In this document: positions 38,471 to 51,105 of the stretch, piece after piece
Layout: each line of letters starts with the position of its first letter
How positions within the stretch are numbered: the stretch's first letter is position 1
Assembly (NCBI RefSeq): GCF_006345805.1
Contig: NC_043017.1
Coordinates: 18,662,001-18,726,000, forward strand
Source: Octopus sinensis
Taxonomy: Eukaryota
Direction: 5' to 3'
DNA length: 64,000 nucleotides
Program-made: the position numbers and the translations under genes
The notes under the pieces: generated by a model
Databases searched by the model: none
The model's input: the letters and a program-made list of their open reading frames with translations, nothing else
Told to the model about the DNA's origin: nothing

Positions 38471-39806
38471 TTTATTTCATAAATATTTGCCATGAAGGCA
38501 TTACAAAGAGGGGACGAACAAGAACAAACATAAAAGGGTGAAGTAGCTGTAGCAATTAAATATTTACAATTTTAAAATATAATAATTTAATAAATATGTT
38601 TATAACTTTTGACTTAAGCGTTGCTCATTACAAATGAAATTTGTAATGGCTTCTCTGAAGGATAGTCATCTGACCACCAGGGTAGACCCCTTTTTCTCTC
38701 CTGTTTTTGGGTTCCACTTACCTGGTGCCAAACACTTCCAGCTTCCTCGCCACAGGCTTCCATTTTCTCATGAATCTATCTTGTGACAGGTACCTTTTCT
38801 CCAGCCTGATCTTATTACTGAGGTGGTAACTAAAAAAGTTAACCAACCCCTGGCCGGATACAAAGGTACCCGACACTATGCCTCTCACACGCGTCTTCCA
38901 TACTGTTTCTTTCAGTATGGCTACTACGCAGAAAAAGCAAGCTTTTCTTTCCCTGTTAAGAGCAGGTGGCAGCACAATCTCGATGATAGATTCAGCTGAT
39001 ATCTGTACTCTTCCCATCGATGACAACAGTTGCTCTGCGAAAACTATCAGTCTCGTTAATTCCGGACACTCCACAAATGCATGCAAGACAGTTTCCCTCT
39101 CCTGCCTGCACCTCGGACATGTTGGTGAGACGGCACTTCCATACCTTGACAGTTTATCACGAACGGGTAACGCTGCATGGAAGCACTGCCAAGCCAGAGA
39201 TTTCTGGTAATTGTCCAGATACCCCGGCCCGAAAGTTCTCCAGAACAGGTTGATTAACTGATTTTCATCATAGCCCAGGGTCTCCCCCCGAGGCGTCTTC
39301 GGACTTAACCTCCACTAACCCACTATAGAAATCCGCGGTGGAACTCTTGCCTGCCCAAGAGAGTAGCTGAAGTGCCTGGCGGCACTCCAATTGCCAGTCC
39401 CCCAACCTAGGTTGCTCATTACAAATGAAATTTGTAATGGCTTCTCCAATTACCAATGTCCATTAAGGACATTAATTGCGGAAGGTAGAACTGAACATGC
39501 TGTGACCACACCTGCTCTCCATCCAGGTAAAGCCAGAGGTGCCTCAACCTTAACGTGAATTTTCGCATCCTTAGCCATGGTATCTCTAACCCACCCTTTA
39601 GCGGTTTCTGGCAGCAGACAGAGCGCTTCACGAGTGGCTTTCCTCCCTTCCACAAAAAGTGGAAAAGGATTCTCTCCAACTTGTTCAGCCACAAATCGGG
39701 GCAAGGCACCATGGTCAGACGGTATGTGATAACCGATGCTATAAACATCTGCACTACCTCCACTTTTCCTAGCAAGGATAACGCCTGCCCAGACCAGGTC
39801 TGGGTT

Positions 39807-39808
<2 letters not shown>
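38471..39808 (-). mobile_element. Tx1/L1-clade LINE 3' fragment, copy 2
   Basis: Same ORFs as copy 1 at offset +1530. Confidence 0.85.
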
Positions 39809-39844
<36 letters not shown>

Positions 39845-40009
39845 TTTTATCCTTTCATTTGTTTCAGGCATTTGATTGCAGCCATGCTGGAGCACTGCCT
39901 TTAGTCGAAAAAATCAACCCAGGACTTATTCTTTGTAAGCTTAGTACTTATTCTATTGGTGTCTTTTGCCGAACTGCTATGTTATGGGGACGTAAACACA
40001 CCAGCATTA

Positions 40010-40135
40010 GTAGTACTTCTTCCAGGCACAATGCCAAACTGCATCTCATTTAGGTCAACTCTCTTCCTGCACAACTGTAACTGTTTCCACGACTTACATG
40101 AACTGGTCCAGCAATTTGATACCACTATGGCCTCT
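40010..40135 (-). mobile_element. Short RTE RT fragment
   Basis: GIKLLDQ...RVDLNEMQFGIVPGRSTT. Confidence 0.7.
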
Positions 40136-41051
40136 ATAAGCCATCTGCATTCCATACATAGATACATACAAACATCTGTACATTTGTTTTCTCTCTATAG
40201 GTGTGTGTGTGTGTATGTGTGTATATATACATATATAGAAAAGAAATGGAGCAATAATTAGCAATGAGAAGTTGATCATTGGTATTAAAGAGTCATTATT
40301 TAATTGTAGTTCAGGACCATTTACAGCTGTTTCTGTTAATCAAATTGGAGTAAATTTAGATTGACCTCATTACATTCAACAAACATCTTCAGAATGATTT
40401 CAGAGGGTAATGAAAGAAAAAGAAAAAGAAAAAGGAAAAAAGTTTGTTGAGTTTTTTTACTGCCCTATGCATCTAATGGATGAAACTACAAACACATGGA
40501 ACCCAACAAATCACTAAAATGTAAGCCTAAAGACTTAACGACTGTGGATGACACCACGTAGCCCCAAACTGTGCCAGCGCTTTACTCAACACTTCAACAC
40601 ACTGATTGACATTTACCCATTAGTCCAAAAATATTAAATACACACACACACACTATACCAGAGTAAGTACATAAATGCAAAAGAAGGTAGAAAAAATAGT
40701 ACTCGAATACCAGAGGTAGAGTAATATGTTTTATTAAAAAGCAGCAAAAACATCGCAAAAACTGTCTGACAAATGGGAACATGAAACTCTGAATAGCAAT
40801 CTTTGTAATATTTTTGCTGCTTTTTAAAAAAGTATATATATATATAACGGGAAGCTTTACGAAAATAAACAAAAGACGAAGGCAGGTGGAGTACAAACAA
40901 ACAATTAAATTAGTATGGCGCTCAGGAATATAAATAAAATAAGTCTTTTACGTTTCGAGCCTACGCTCTTCAACAGAAAGATACACAGAAAAGAAACAAG
41001 GAGAGAAAAAAAATGCGTGCAGAAGCTAGTGATTCAACATATATATATATA

Positions 41052-41417
41052 TAGCTTGCTAACCAACCACATGGTTCCGGGTTCAGTTCCACTGCGTGGC
41101 ATCTTGGGCAAGTGTCTTCTGCTATAGTCCCGGGCCGACCAATGCCTTGTGAGTGGATTTGGTAGACGGAAACTGAAAGAAGCCTGTCGTATATATATAT
41201 ATATATATATATGGGTTTGTGTGTCTGTGTTTGTCCCCTTAGCATTGCTTGACAACCGATGCTGGTGTGTTTACGTCCCCGTCACTTAGCGATTCGGCAA
41301 AAGAGACCGATAGAATAAGTACTGGGCTTACAAAGAATAAGTCCCGGGGTCGATTTGATCGACTAAAAGGCGGTGCTCCAGCATGGCCGCAGTCAAATGA
41401 CTGAAACAAGTAAAAGA
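41052..41417 (+). mobile_element. tRNA-derived SINE family B, near full length (head, central TA tract, tail)
   Basis: GGTTCAGTTCC B-box-like, CTTGGGCAAGTGTCTTC core, tail CAGTCAAATGACTGAAACAAGTAAAAG. Pieces near 4300, 10960, 19085, 36105, 36795, 39845, 41435, 50070, 56560 and 62680. Confidence 0.85.
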
Positions 41418-43204
41418 GTATATATATATAAAACACGCTTCTTTCAGTTTCCGTCTGCTAAACCCATTTACAAGGCTTTGGTAGCCTGAGGCTATAGCAG
41501 AAGACACTTGCCCAAGGTGTCACACAGTAGGACTGAACCCAGAGCCATGTGATTGGAAAGCAAGTTTCTTATCGCTCAGCAACGCGAACCTTTGGTAACT
41601 GGCAACCAAACAATGTTTCTATGACCTAGTAATTACAAAAAGCTATTTCAAACTATCATAGGCAGCAATAACAATTAGTTGTAATTATTGATAACTCTGA
41701 GGCTAATTATGATTAATCTCATTAGCTGGTGTAATTGCTCATGATATCAAACGAGGGGAAACAACTCTTTCTATACGTAACCCGACCAAACACCAACTTT
41801 GAATAATTTTAAAATACATTGTATTTGTCATTCGCGTAACATGCAAGATCGTTGATAACATTAATTTTAAATTCATGATTCGAAACTAAACTTCAAAATA
41901 TTTTTACTAAATATAACTAAAATAGTCCGAAAAATCTATAATATTAACTTTATTAAAATTCATACATATTGAAACTGATGATATAGTGAAATCTTGTATT
42001 TTATCAACTTCTATGTGAATTACAGAGATTTTTCGATTTAAGGACATGAAAATGTGAATTCCTATGGCATAATGATATAACAAAAAATATATTGGTGTAC
42101 CTCAGGCAACATAGTTGTGGTCTAGTACTAGATTAACAAAAAAAAGGAAAAGGCTAAGATATAAACTGACATGAAACTGAATCTACCAATAATAGGGATT
42201 GTACAGAAAATTATTTGGCTATCTTGACAGACCGAAACGAAATTCAGCCAGAATGTCTATTATATTTGAGGAGATTCGACAGAAACATGCCATCTTCGCA
42301 AGTTAGGAAGCAATAGTAATTTTATTCCAACTGAAGAAGAAAAGGAAAAATAAAGTAAAAAGCTCATCATTAATTATATGAAAATGAATGTAAGTTGTAG
42401 CATTGTAAGAAGACATTTTAAAACATTTGAAACTTAGTTACTGAGAGCAAAAGGTTAACAGGTAGGTTTTGAACTTAGAATAAATGGAAGTAATTCGCCG
42501 ATAATAACGACATCTGAAAATTTCGGATATTTATCCACATTTAATTAAACATAGAAGTATATCTTTATTCAAATTTCAATGTAAACAAACAGGAGAAGAG
42601 AGAGGTAAGAAAGTGGGGGAGTAAAGCAGCAGATGAAGTGCGGGGTGTGATGGAGCACATACCCCAGAACAAGTGAGGTGTGCATCCACAACCAGCGGTA
42701 ATAATCACGGTGGCGTTGACGCGGTGAGTGGTTAGAGACCCTCGCTGCAGAAGCAGCAGCCAACAACTCCAACCCGCGGGGCTCCTTTCTCCTGGAGCCG
42801 TCGTTGTCCTTATTTTGCGGAAGAAATCGGTAGTAAGGGGTCCGAGAACATCTGACGGCGATCGGCACAAGCTAATTTCTTTATTATCCATATGGATTAA
42901 CACAGATGGGGACAATACAATGTTTGGGGTCAACATGGAACTTTTTACAATAAAATCGGATGGGTTATTCACAATGAGATGAATTTACAATGAAAATTAA
43001 ATAAGGACAAATAAACAGAATAAACAAATGAAGTTAAAAGAACAGGATAGCCGACCCCACGAGCCCTGTTATTTTAGCTGAAACCTTTTCGTGGGTGATC
43101 ATGGCGTGTTCATGCAGGGCCTTTCACACCCAAGCTGATAACGGTCGGTCATAACCCTGTATTTATTGATTCTTCTCTCTGCGTTACGGGAGACAAGCAA
43201 CCGA

Positions 43205-43350
43205 TACAACAATAATTCTACTTCCGCCAAGTCATTATTCCGGAAATGTTTAACCATTCCCCCATTCTAAATCTTCCAACGTGGATGGTTGCAATTCTAG
43301 TGTTGTTCTCCTCCAAGACAGTGTTCTCTGAACCCAATTCCTTTGACAAG
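43205..43350 (+). promoter_or_regulatory. Probable promoter and non-coding exon 1 of ZNF-A
   Basis: caataattctACTTCCG, then paralogous sequence ending ttgacaag|GTATGT. A second shared block at 43710-43802 ends cgag|GT and is mirrored at 53960-54058. Confidence 0.6.
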
Positions 43351-43387
43351 GTATGTATATATAAATGTTGAGAGAAGTTATGTGCGA

Positions 43388-43567
43388 TACTATTTAAGAA
43401 GAGTGGTCTCGGTGCGCGTACTCGCGCAAGCTAGTCGTAACTAGTCGATCCTACAACTACTACCTAGCAAAGTAAATAAAACAAAGTAAATAAAACACAA
43501 AGTAAAGATCGACTAGCTAGCGCGGGTTGCCGAGTGCGCGCACCGGGACCACTCTTCTTAAATAGTA
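43388..43567. mobile_element. MITE with 37-bp near-perfect TIRs
   Basis: TACTATTTAAGAAGAGTGGTCTCGGTGCGCGTACTCG and its inverse with 2 mismatches. Confidence 0.85.
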
Positions 43568-44318
43568 CCTTATATGCCTCTGGCCATTTGAGTGTAACGA
43601 GTTGCCTATACAGCTAAGCGATTTATAGTTGCAAAACCAATGGTCACCCTATGACCGGCCGTAGCATACAACCATATATATGTCCACTCATAAAAGTTAC
43701 AAACAATCTACATTTCTTAACCCACAAATGGAAGCTGATGATGGACAAAGAAGACAAAGCTACTTTCTACCTGTTCAAACTTCACGTCTAAAATTATACG
43801 AGGTGTTTCTTTGGTTTAATATTGTTGTTTTCATCGTTCACCAATAAGTAATGTTTGATTATAACGTACCGTCTTCTCATTGTCAAATCATAACTGGTAT
43901 CGGGCTGGCAGCCATAGAAGAATATATTTATTAGGTAAAATTACAGATTAACACCCGCACGATTTTCACTAAGAAAAAGAAAAAACTCGGATTTTTTGCG
44001 TGGATTTTACCATTTATTATTATTGTTGTTGTCATCGACTTGATTTTATTTAATCTTTACTAGTTACGGACCTTTATAAGCCTATAGATTGTTGTTTCTC
44101 TAACTGTAGCATTTCAGCCGATTTTACGGTCTTAGTTCAAATTCCGCTGAGGTCGACCTTACCTTTCATCTTTTCTCTGTCGATAAAAGAACTGTCAATG
44201 TAATCGACTTACCCGCACCCACGAACTTGCTGGCCTTGTGCCAAAATTTGAAACCAATATCTCACGGTCTCCTGTAGACCTCCACAGAAAGTTGTCTAAT
44301 GCAATCATTAACTTAAAC

Positions 44319-44441
44319 GGGTACTACTTAAATACAGAGATCCCGACGCATCTACGAAACCCTAACCCTCTAACGAGTGTGCAGTGTATAAGCATATCGT
44401 TACGTAGATGCATCGGGACCTCTGTATTTCAGTAAGTGCCC
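44319..44441. mobile_element. Small GGG...CCC foldback (Harbinger-like MITE)
   Basis: About 40-bp imperfect arms around CCCTAACCCT. Confidence 0.55.
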
Positions 44442-44947
44442 TTACATGTTTATATTTGCACTTTATCAATAGAAATGCAGTAAATTTTCTACTTTTGACC
44501 CTCTGCTTTTAAATTTCCCCTATATCTTATACTGTTTCTTTATTATTTCAGAAATATCAGATGACATTGGCATAAAAAAAAAAGAGAATTTTATTAGTTT
44601 GGCTGCATCATCAATATTTAGCTTATTTTAAACACTAAAAGAAGACATCATCCACAAACGATGTAACCCAGTTTAAATAAATCTGTGGTGGATTGACTGA
44701 AATATTTCCTCCAAACTCGAGAATCTCAGCAAGTTTTTCCCAATTTCACTGTCAGGAATATTTTGTATTTTAATGATAATGACAACAACACAAATATTTG
44801 TAAGGATTAAAAGGCAAAACTGAACAGATAAAAAATATCTACATAATGGAGAGAAAAGAAAAAAATTTTTGGCAAATGAATTCTGTGAAAACAAAGTTAA
44901 TTGCAAAACAGTAAAACAAGATTGATTTTTTTTTTTTTCCTGATGGG

Positions 44948-45994
44948 ATGCTGAAAGAGAAAAGGAAAACATCATATGACTGTGACATCTGTAAAATGTC
45001 TTTCTCTCAAGAAGATAATTTAACTCCTCGAGACAATTTTCACCCAAGGGAAAAGCCATATCACTGTGATATTTATGGTAAATCATTCTCTAGAAATTAT
45101 CATGTAATCACTCACAAAAGCATTCATAAAGGAGAGAAATCATATCACTGTGATGTCTGTAGTAAATCATTTTCTAGAAATCGTGACTTAACTCGACATA
45201 AACGTATTCATACAGGAGAGAAACCATATCAGTGTGATATTTGTGGTAAATCTTGCTACACAAGTAGTGACTTAATTAAACATAAACGTGTTCACACAGG
45301 AGGAAAACCTTATCAGTGTGATGTATGTGGTAAAGCTTTCTCTCAAACCGGAAAATTAATTACTCACAAATACATTCATACTGGAGAAAAACCATATTGC
45401 TGTGATATCTGTGGTAAATCATTCTCTCAAGTATGTAACTTAACTACTCACAAACGTATTCATTCAGAAGAGGAACCATATCATCATTGTAATATCTGTG
45501 GTAAATCATTCCCTAGAAAAGGTGACTTAACTAGACACCTACGTATTCATACAGGGGAGAAGCCATATCCCTGTGAAATCTGTGGTAAATCATTCACTCA
45601 AAATAGTGACTTAACTAAACACAAGCATATTCATACAGGAGAGAAACCATATCAATGTGATATCTGTAATGAATCATTCTCTTATCCATCAAACTTAACC
45701 AGTCATATACGTAGCCATACAGGAGAGAAGCCATACAACTGTGATATCTGTAATAAATCATTTTCTAGAAGTAATAACTTAACGAGACACCTGCGTGTTC
45801 ATTCAGGTGAGAAGCTGTATCTCTGTGAGGTTTGTGGTAAATCATTCTCTGAAAGTAGTGTCTTAAACACCCATAAACGTGTTCATACAGGAGAGAAGCC
45901 ATTCCCCTGTGATATCTGCGGTAAATCATTCACCATTAGTAGTTGCCTTAGTAGACACAAACGTATTCACACAGGAGGCAAGTCACGTGGCTGA
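44948..45994 (+). CDS. C2H2 zinc-finger protein A, 348 aa, 10 intact and 2 degenerate fingers
   Basis: Tandem CxxC-x12-HxxxH with HTGEKPY linkers; splice acceptor at 44551 upstream; AATAAA near 46147. Confidence 0.93.
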   Translation: MLKEKRKTSYDCDICKMSFSQEDNLTPRDNFHPREKPYHCDIYGKSFSRNYHVITHKSIHKGEKSYHCDVCSKSFSRNRDLTRHKRIHTGEKPYQCDICGKSCYTSSDLIKHKRVHTGGKPYQCDVCGKAFSQTGKLITHKYIHTGEKPYCCDICGKSFSQVCNLTTHKRIHSEEEPYHHCNICGKSFPRKGDLTRHLRIHTGEKPYPCEICGKSFTQNSDLTKHKHIHTGEKPYQCDICNESFSYPSNLTSHIRSHTGEKPYNCDICNKSFSRSNNLTRHLRVHSGEKLYLCEVCGKSFSESSVLNTHKRVHTGEKPFPCDICGKSFTISSCLSRHKRIHTGGKSRG

Positions 45995-46199
45995 CGTCTT
46001 TGTTAATGTATTCTCTGCAAAAAAAGTAATTCATCAAACCTGTATTGATTCTTGCAGAAAAAGAACTATATTAATATTGAGTCATTTGTCTGTTATTTTG
46101 TACAAGACTTTGTAACATCTAGATGGATGTATTTTCAGCTATTGGGAATAAAGTGACCACTCGTTTATTTTAAACCTCAGCTAAATAATAGTTTTAACC

Positions 46200-46480
46200 A
46201 TTTCAAAAACTTGTTGCCCAATAATCCAACATGATGTTTGTGTTCTGTAAATATTGCTTTATTAATCTCAACAACCATATTTTTATCACTTAATTGCAGT
46301 GTTAGTTCGCTTAAGGAGTTGTTGTTGAGGGGATTCTTCTTTGCCTTTTGCAGAATGGTAAACATTGGAGCTTCTGGTACCAACCCCGGCTCTATGATAC
46401 AAGCTCACTGTTTTAGAGTGATTTATATTAAAATCTTCCACCAAAATTTCATATGACTTTGGTCTTAACACCAGCTTAAT
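46200..46480 (-). mobile_element. Possible Merlin/IS1595-like transposase remnant
   Basis: DKNMVVEINKAIFTEHKHHVG resembles the VEIDES.F..RK..VGR motif; heavily decayed. Confidence 0.45.
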
Positions 46481-47296
46481 AATGACAATTATCTTACTAA
46501 ATTCTTCATTATTTTCAAAATTATTTCAAACAAAAGCAGTGTAATTGATCAGAAGTATGATGCTAAAACAGTTAAACTTCAATCCTATGATAGCACCATG
46601 GTACATGACAATCTTCTGTTCATTGACTTCCTGTAAATTTGGAAAATATTTTTACTAAAATGGAAGCTGTTTTAAATAAAGGTTTCCTTCTCCATATCAG
46701 TCTCTCTGTGTGGCAATTCTTTGTTGAATGTCCCCATTTTCATCTTTCAATATAGTTTTGTGTTGCTTTCACAAGTACACTTTGTAAAGTAGTTGATGAG
46801 TGAGTGAAGACATTGTAGGGTTGGTACCATGATGAACTGCACTATAAAATGTTTGGTAATTGAATAGCCACATCATAGAGTTGGTACTGCGATAAAATAT
46901 ACTCAGTACACTCTGTAAAGTGGTTGGTGTTAGGATGGGCATTCAGGTGAAGAAACCCTGGCTAAATGAAATGAATGAAGGTGGTAAGGTAGTAACTTCA
47001 AATAAAAACTGACTTGAACTGTGATGACAAGTCCAATCCATGCCAGCGTGAAAAACAGACTTTATACGATGATGATATGTATACATATACACATTTTCTA
47101 CAACCAGATACCCTTCCTGTCACCAACCCTTGTTTCCAAGTAAGATATTTCCCCATGACCAGATATGCTTTATTGTAGACTATTGGAAATGAACAACGCT
47201 GCTCATATGATAGTGGCATACATTTATAACTATCACATTATGTCAAGACAAGGAGACACTCATATACACCCATATCTATTTATTTATCTATATTAT

Positions 47297-47503
47297 ACCA
47301 GGAGGTGCTGAAAAGTTCCTGACTTTAAAGAAAGTCCTGGTTGGAAGCCCAGCCTTCAAAATCTTTTACAGGGTTTAGGAAAACTGAAGGGCTGCTGCAA
47401 TAAGTTTGTGAGTCTGAGAGAGGAATCTGTTGAATAAAATCATAATTAACTGATCCTCCTGTATTTTCTTTTACCCAAAGCCAGGAACTTTTCAACACCC
47501 CCT
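47297..47503. mobile_element. Mariner-derived MITE; partial copy at 4510-4560
   Basis: GGTGCTGAAAAGTTCCTG / CAGGAACTTTTCAACACC ends. Confidence 0.7.
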
Positions 47504-48781
47504 CACACATATGTAGAAACTCTGCCAGATCGGATTGGAGCCTGGTACAGCCTTCTGGCTTGCTAGCCCCCCAGTCAAACCATCCAACTCATGCCAGTAT
47601 GGAAAGTGGATGATGATATAATGATGATAATATATATATATATAAAGTTAATCCAAACAAGAAAACAAAAAGACAACAACGCAAGGATGTGGAACAAATA
47701 AAGTATTATTGGACGCTCAGGAAAGAAGGGAAGAAGTTTGACGTTTCGAGCGGAGCTCTTCGTCGGAAACATAGGAGAAAGAAAGATCCCGAGATGGGAG
47801 GACAGAGGAAAAAAAAATATATATATATATAATCATCATCCACTTCCCATACTGGCATGAGTTGGATGGTTTGACTGGGGGGCTAGCAAGCCAGAAGGCT
47901 GTACCAGGCTCCAATCCGATCTGGCAGTTTCTACAGCTGGATGTCCTTCCTAACGCCAACCATTTATCAAATCTACTCATAAGGCTTTGGTTAACCTAGT
48001 GCTATAGAAGACCCTTACACAGAGTGTCACACTGAATGAACCCAAATGCATGTGGTTGCGAAAGAAACTTCCTACTACATGTCTGTGGCTACATTACATG
48101 CATACCATCTTCATCATCATTTAATAGCAATTCTCTATTGGTACAGGCTGGAGAGTTTGACAAGAGCCGGAGAGCTGTACTAGGCTCCATTTGTTTGTTT
48201 TGAGGTTTCTATGGCTGGATGCTATTCCTAACAGCAGACACTTTACAGAGTGTACTGGGTGCTTTTTATGTGGTACCAGTAGCTTGCAAGTTAAAGACCC
48301 CTTAGTTAAGTGTGCCAGGTGAGAGGTTAGAGCATAATAGAAGGACAGAAATAATTGTCTTGATATAGAGGAGATATCCACAAATATATCTATCCCACAC
48401 AATATTATGAAGGCAATCCAAAATTGGTTAAATTCAAAGTGAACTAGGAAAATATCCCTTGTAGATGAACGCATACAGGAAGAACATTATGAAGGAATAT
48501 AATATTCTAAGAAAAGCCAGTTTAGTATTTAACCTTTGATGATGTCAGTAGATTACAAAAGAATAAAAAATAAACATGAAATCTATGTTACGAGAATTAG
48601 GAACATAAAAATTCTATGTCATGACAATTATCTATTTATGCTATACATTTTTAGAAAAATTATGCATATAGTATATGAAATGCAATAATGACTAATGGGT
48701 TATTTAAATGCTTTCTTATATTTGTGAGAACATTTCAATATAAAACTACCTTATAATTCAATAATATTAATTTAGAAGTAA

Positions 48782-48945
48782 TTACTTAATACATTTCCTC
48801 AAGGCAAAGATCACATTTAAAATTACTAATGTTGTATGATGGTACGTAACTAAATCCTGCTTAATGCTCCTATCTTTTAAATCCCAAATGCATTTACTAA
48901 GTCTCATAGAATTACATTTTGTTCTATACTTAAATGAATGAGAAT
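48782..48945 (-). mobile_element. Penelope-like GIY-YIG endonuclease remnant
   Basis: HSFKYRTKCNSMRLSKCIWDLKDRSIK. Confidence 0.7.
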
Positions 48946-49143
48946 AATTATATATATATATATAATGTCTGCTTTCCATGCTGGCATGGGTTGGACGGTT
49001 TGACTGGAACTGGTATGGTGGAGAGCTGCACCAGGAATCAGACTGGAACCTGGTATAACCCACTGGCTTACCTGTTCTAGGCAAACCATCTAACCCATGC
49101 CAGCATGGAAAGCAAACATTAAATGATGATAGTTTATATCATA

Positions 49144-49904
49144 TGTCGCCCAGATCAGGACAGGCTGAGGAGACAATATTCAGGTACGAGTAGAAACATC
49201 CGTGTACTGCATCAATGTGATTCAGGGCAGAGGAAGAGTACGTCTTTGTGCAGGTCGGGGAAGAAGTTTGGGTAAAACGCACGGAGTACGTCACGATGGG
49301 GAAAGGGAACGATAACCTCCATCAATTTGAAGAACCTCTCTGTCGATGGTATGCCATGCCACGTTATATATGGAAGATTGTCCATACCTCAGAGGATGGA
49401 ACCAGCAGCAGTGGGCAAGAAGATGAAGACAACATCAGTAGACAAGATGATGAAGCCAGCAGCAACATGCCAGGAAATCAGGCCAGTCCTAGGGTCGCAC
49501 TGCGACCAGAGAGGGAGCGGAACCCTCCCTGGTTGGCTGATTATGAAACCAGTTAAGGTGTGAGTTCAGGAGCGAGGAGTGAGTGGGAAAGCCAGTTGAA
49601 TGATCTGTAGATCAGGGGGACATGTGGTGTTGGCAGTGTTATGGGCTGTGATGAGCTATGTGGTGTTGGTGGAGAGGATGACAGATGAGGTGGGCGGAAG
49701 TAAGGCTTGCAGGGGCCGGCGGAAGAGTGACAGGCACATGCGTGGGCAGGAAGCACGTGTGGTCAGCAAGGAAACGTGATCAGTTCCAGTACAGACGGTA
49801 GAGCGACAAGACATGTTGAATTGGTGAAAGAGACCGCTGATTTCGCCGAGGTAAGGCCTTTTGTATATCTTTCTTCTGTTGTCCTTTTCCTCCATCACAC
49901 TACA
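49144..49904 (+). mobile_element. Gypsy-type LTR element 3' fragment (pol end, PPT, 3' LTR 49623-49904)
   Basis: QVGEEVWVK...LRPERERNPPWLADY; polypurine AGGGGGA; LTR ends TGTGGTG...CACTACA. Confidence 0.75.
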
Positions 49905-50214
49905 TATACATATACAATGGGCTTCTTTCAGTATACGTACCGTAAGTGGCTTTGTTTACATTTCTGAAGGTAACAGAAACCCTAACTCTAACCCCCCCAT
50001 ATATATAAAAAAAACACTTTCTTGAAATGTATCCGATACTTCCGGTACGTATACCGAAGTTACGTCCTTTCAGTTTCTGTCTATTAAATCCACTCACAAG
50101 GCTTTATTAGAAGACACTTGCCCAAGGTGCCACACAGTGAGACTGAACCTGGAGTCATGTAGCCGGGAAGCAAACCTCTTACCAATTAGCCATGCCTGCA
50201 CCTAAATACACACA

Positions 50215-50497
50215 AGCAGGCGCGCGCGCGCATTTGGCTAAACGGGAGTAATCCATCTCAACTTGTTGCTATAGACACCCGCCTCTCTCTACGTTGCTAT
50301 CACATGACCTAAATAGCCAAATGAACATCCAATAATTCTACTTCCGTTCTGTCTTTATTTCGGAAGTATCTCAGCTTCGCCACTTCCACCCTACCCCCAA
50401 TATTCCAGTAAAGATTATTTATTCCATACAAACTCCGTGTTCCGTGAAATATCTTGACGTCCATCTGCAGTAGTTACAACGTTTCGAAACCTACCAG
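50215..50497 (+). promoter_or_regulatory. Orphan copy of the ZNF-cluster promoter and exon 1
   Basis: GCGCGCGCAT, TATCACATGAC, CCAATAATTCTACTTCCG and ttatttattccatac are shared with 53745-53850; candidate donor ccag|GTATTT at 50498. Confidence 0.55.
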
Positions 50498-50758
50498 GTA
50501 TTTATTGTATTCAGCTGTCTTTGTTTTTTCGTTTACACATACATGTATGTGTGTTTGTGTATATATATATTTATTTCTTTACTACCCAGAGGGGACAAAC
50601 AAGGACAGACAAAGGGATTAAGTCGATTATATCAACCCCAGTGCGTAACTGGTACTTAATTTATCGACCCCGAGAGGATGAAAGGCAAAGTCGACCTCGG
50701 CGGAAATTCAACTCGGAACGTAACGACAGACGAAATACGGCTACGTATTTCGCCCGGC

Positions 50759-50802
<44 letters not shown>

Positions 50803-50981
50803 CAGTGCTTTTCAAACTTTTTGCTGGAGCGGAACCCCAAGGAAACATTCCACTGGCTCGAGGAGCCTCTGTGCAATAATTTAATAGTTTTATGCACACA
50901 TATCTGCACAGGAGAATTAAAAATTACTGCCGATTTTAGCAGTTTTGTAACTTCTTGCGGAACCCTGGTTGAAAACCACTG
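50803..50981. mobile_element. hAT (Charlie-type) MITE, 179 bp
   Basis: TIRs CAGTGCTTTTCAAAC / GGTTGAAAACCACTG; identical 8-bp flanks ATATACAC. Confidence 0.85.
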
Positions 50982-51105
50982 ATATACACACACACACACA
51001 CACATATTTTCCACGCTTATTAGTGTGATGCTAGTGAAAATTGGTAATGAATGTCTTCATGTAGCTAAAGTTTTGCCTTTTTATCATTTCCTTTCAGTTA
51101 CTGTC

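Larger units (their letters stand above)
36751..39843. repeat. Tandem duplication, 1530-bp unit ((TA)n + SINE piece + LINE fragment)
   Basis: 36788 and 38318 begin identical sequence; no differences seen by eye outside the TA tracts. Confidence 0.95.

Noticed and set aside
41385-41417. SINE tail AGTC-AAAT-GACT-GAAACAAGTA as a hammerhead
   Set aside because: No CUGANGA-like segment or stem I upstream.
50470-50500. GTTTCGAAAC palindrome as a hammerhead
   Set aside because: No core or stem II on either strand.
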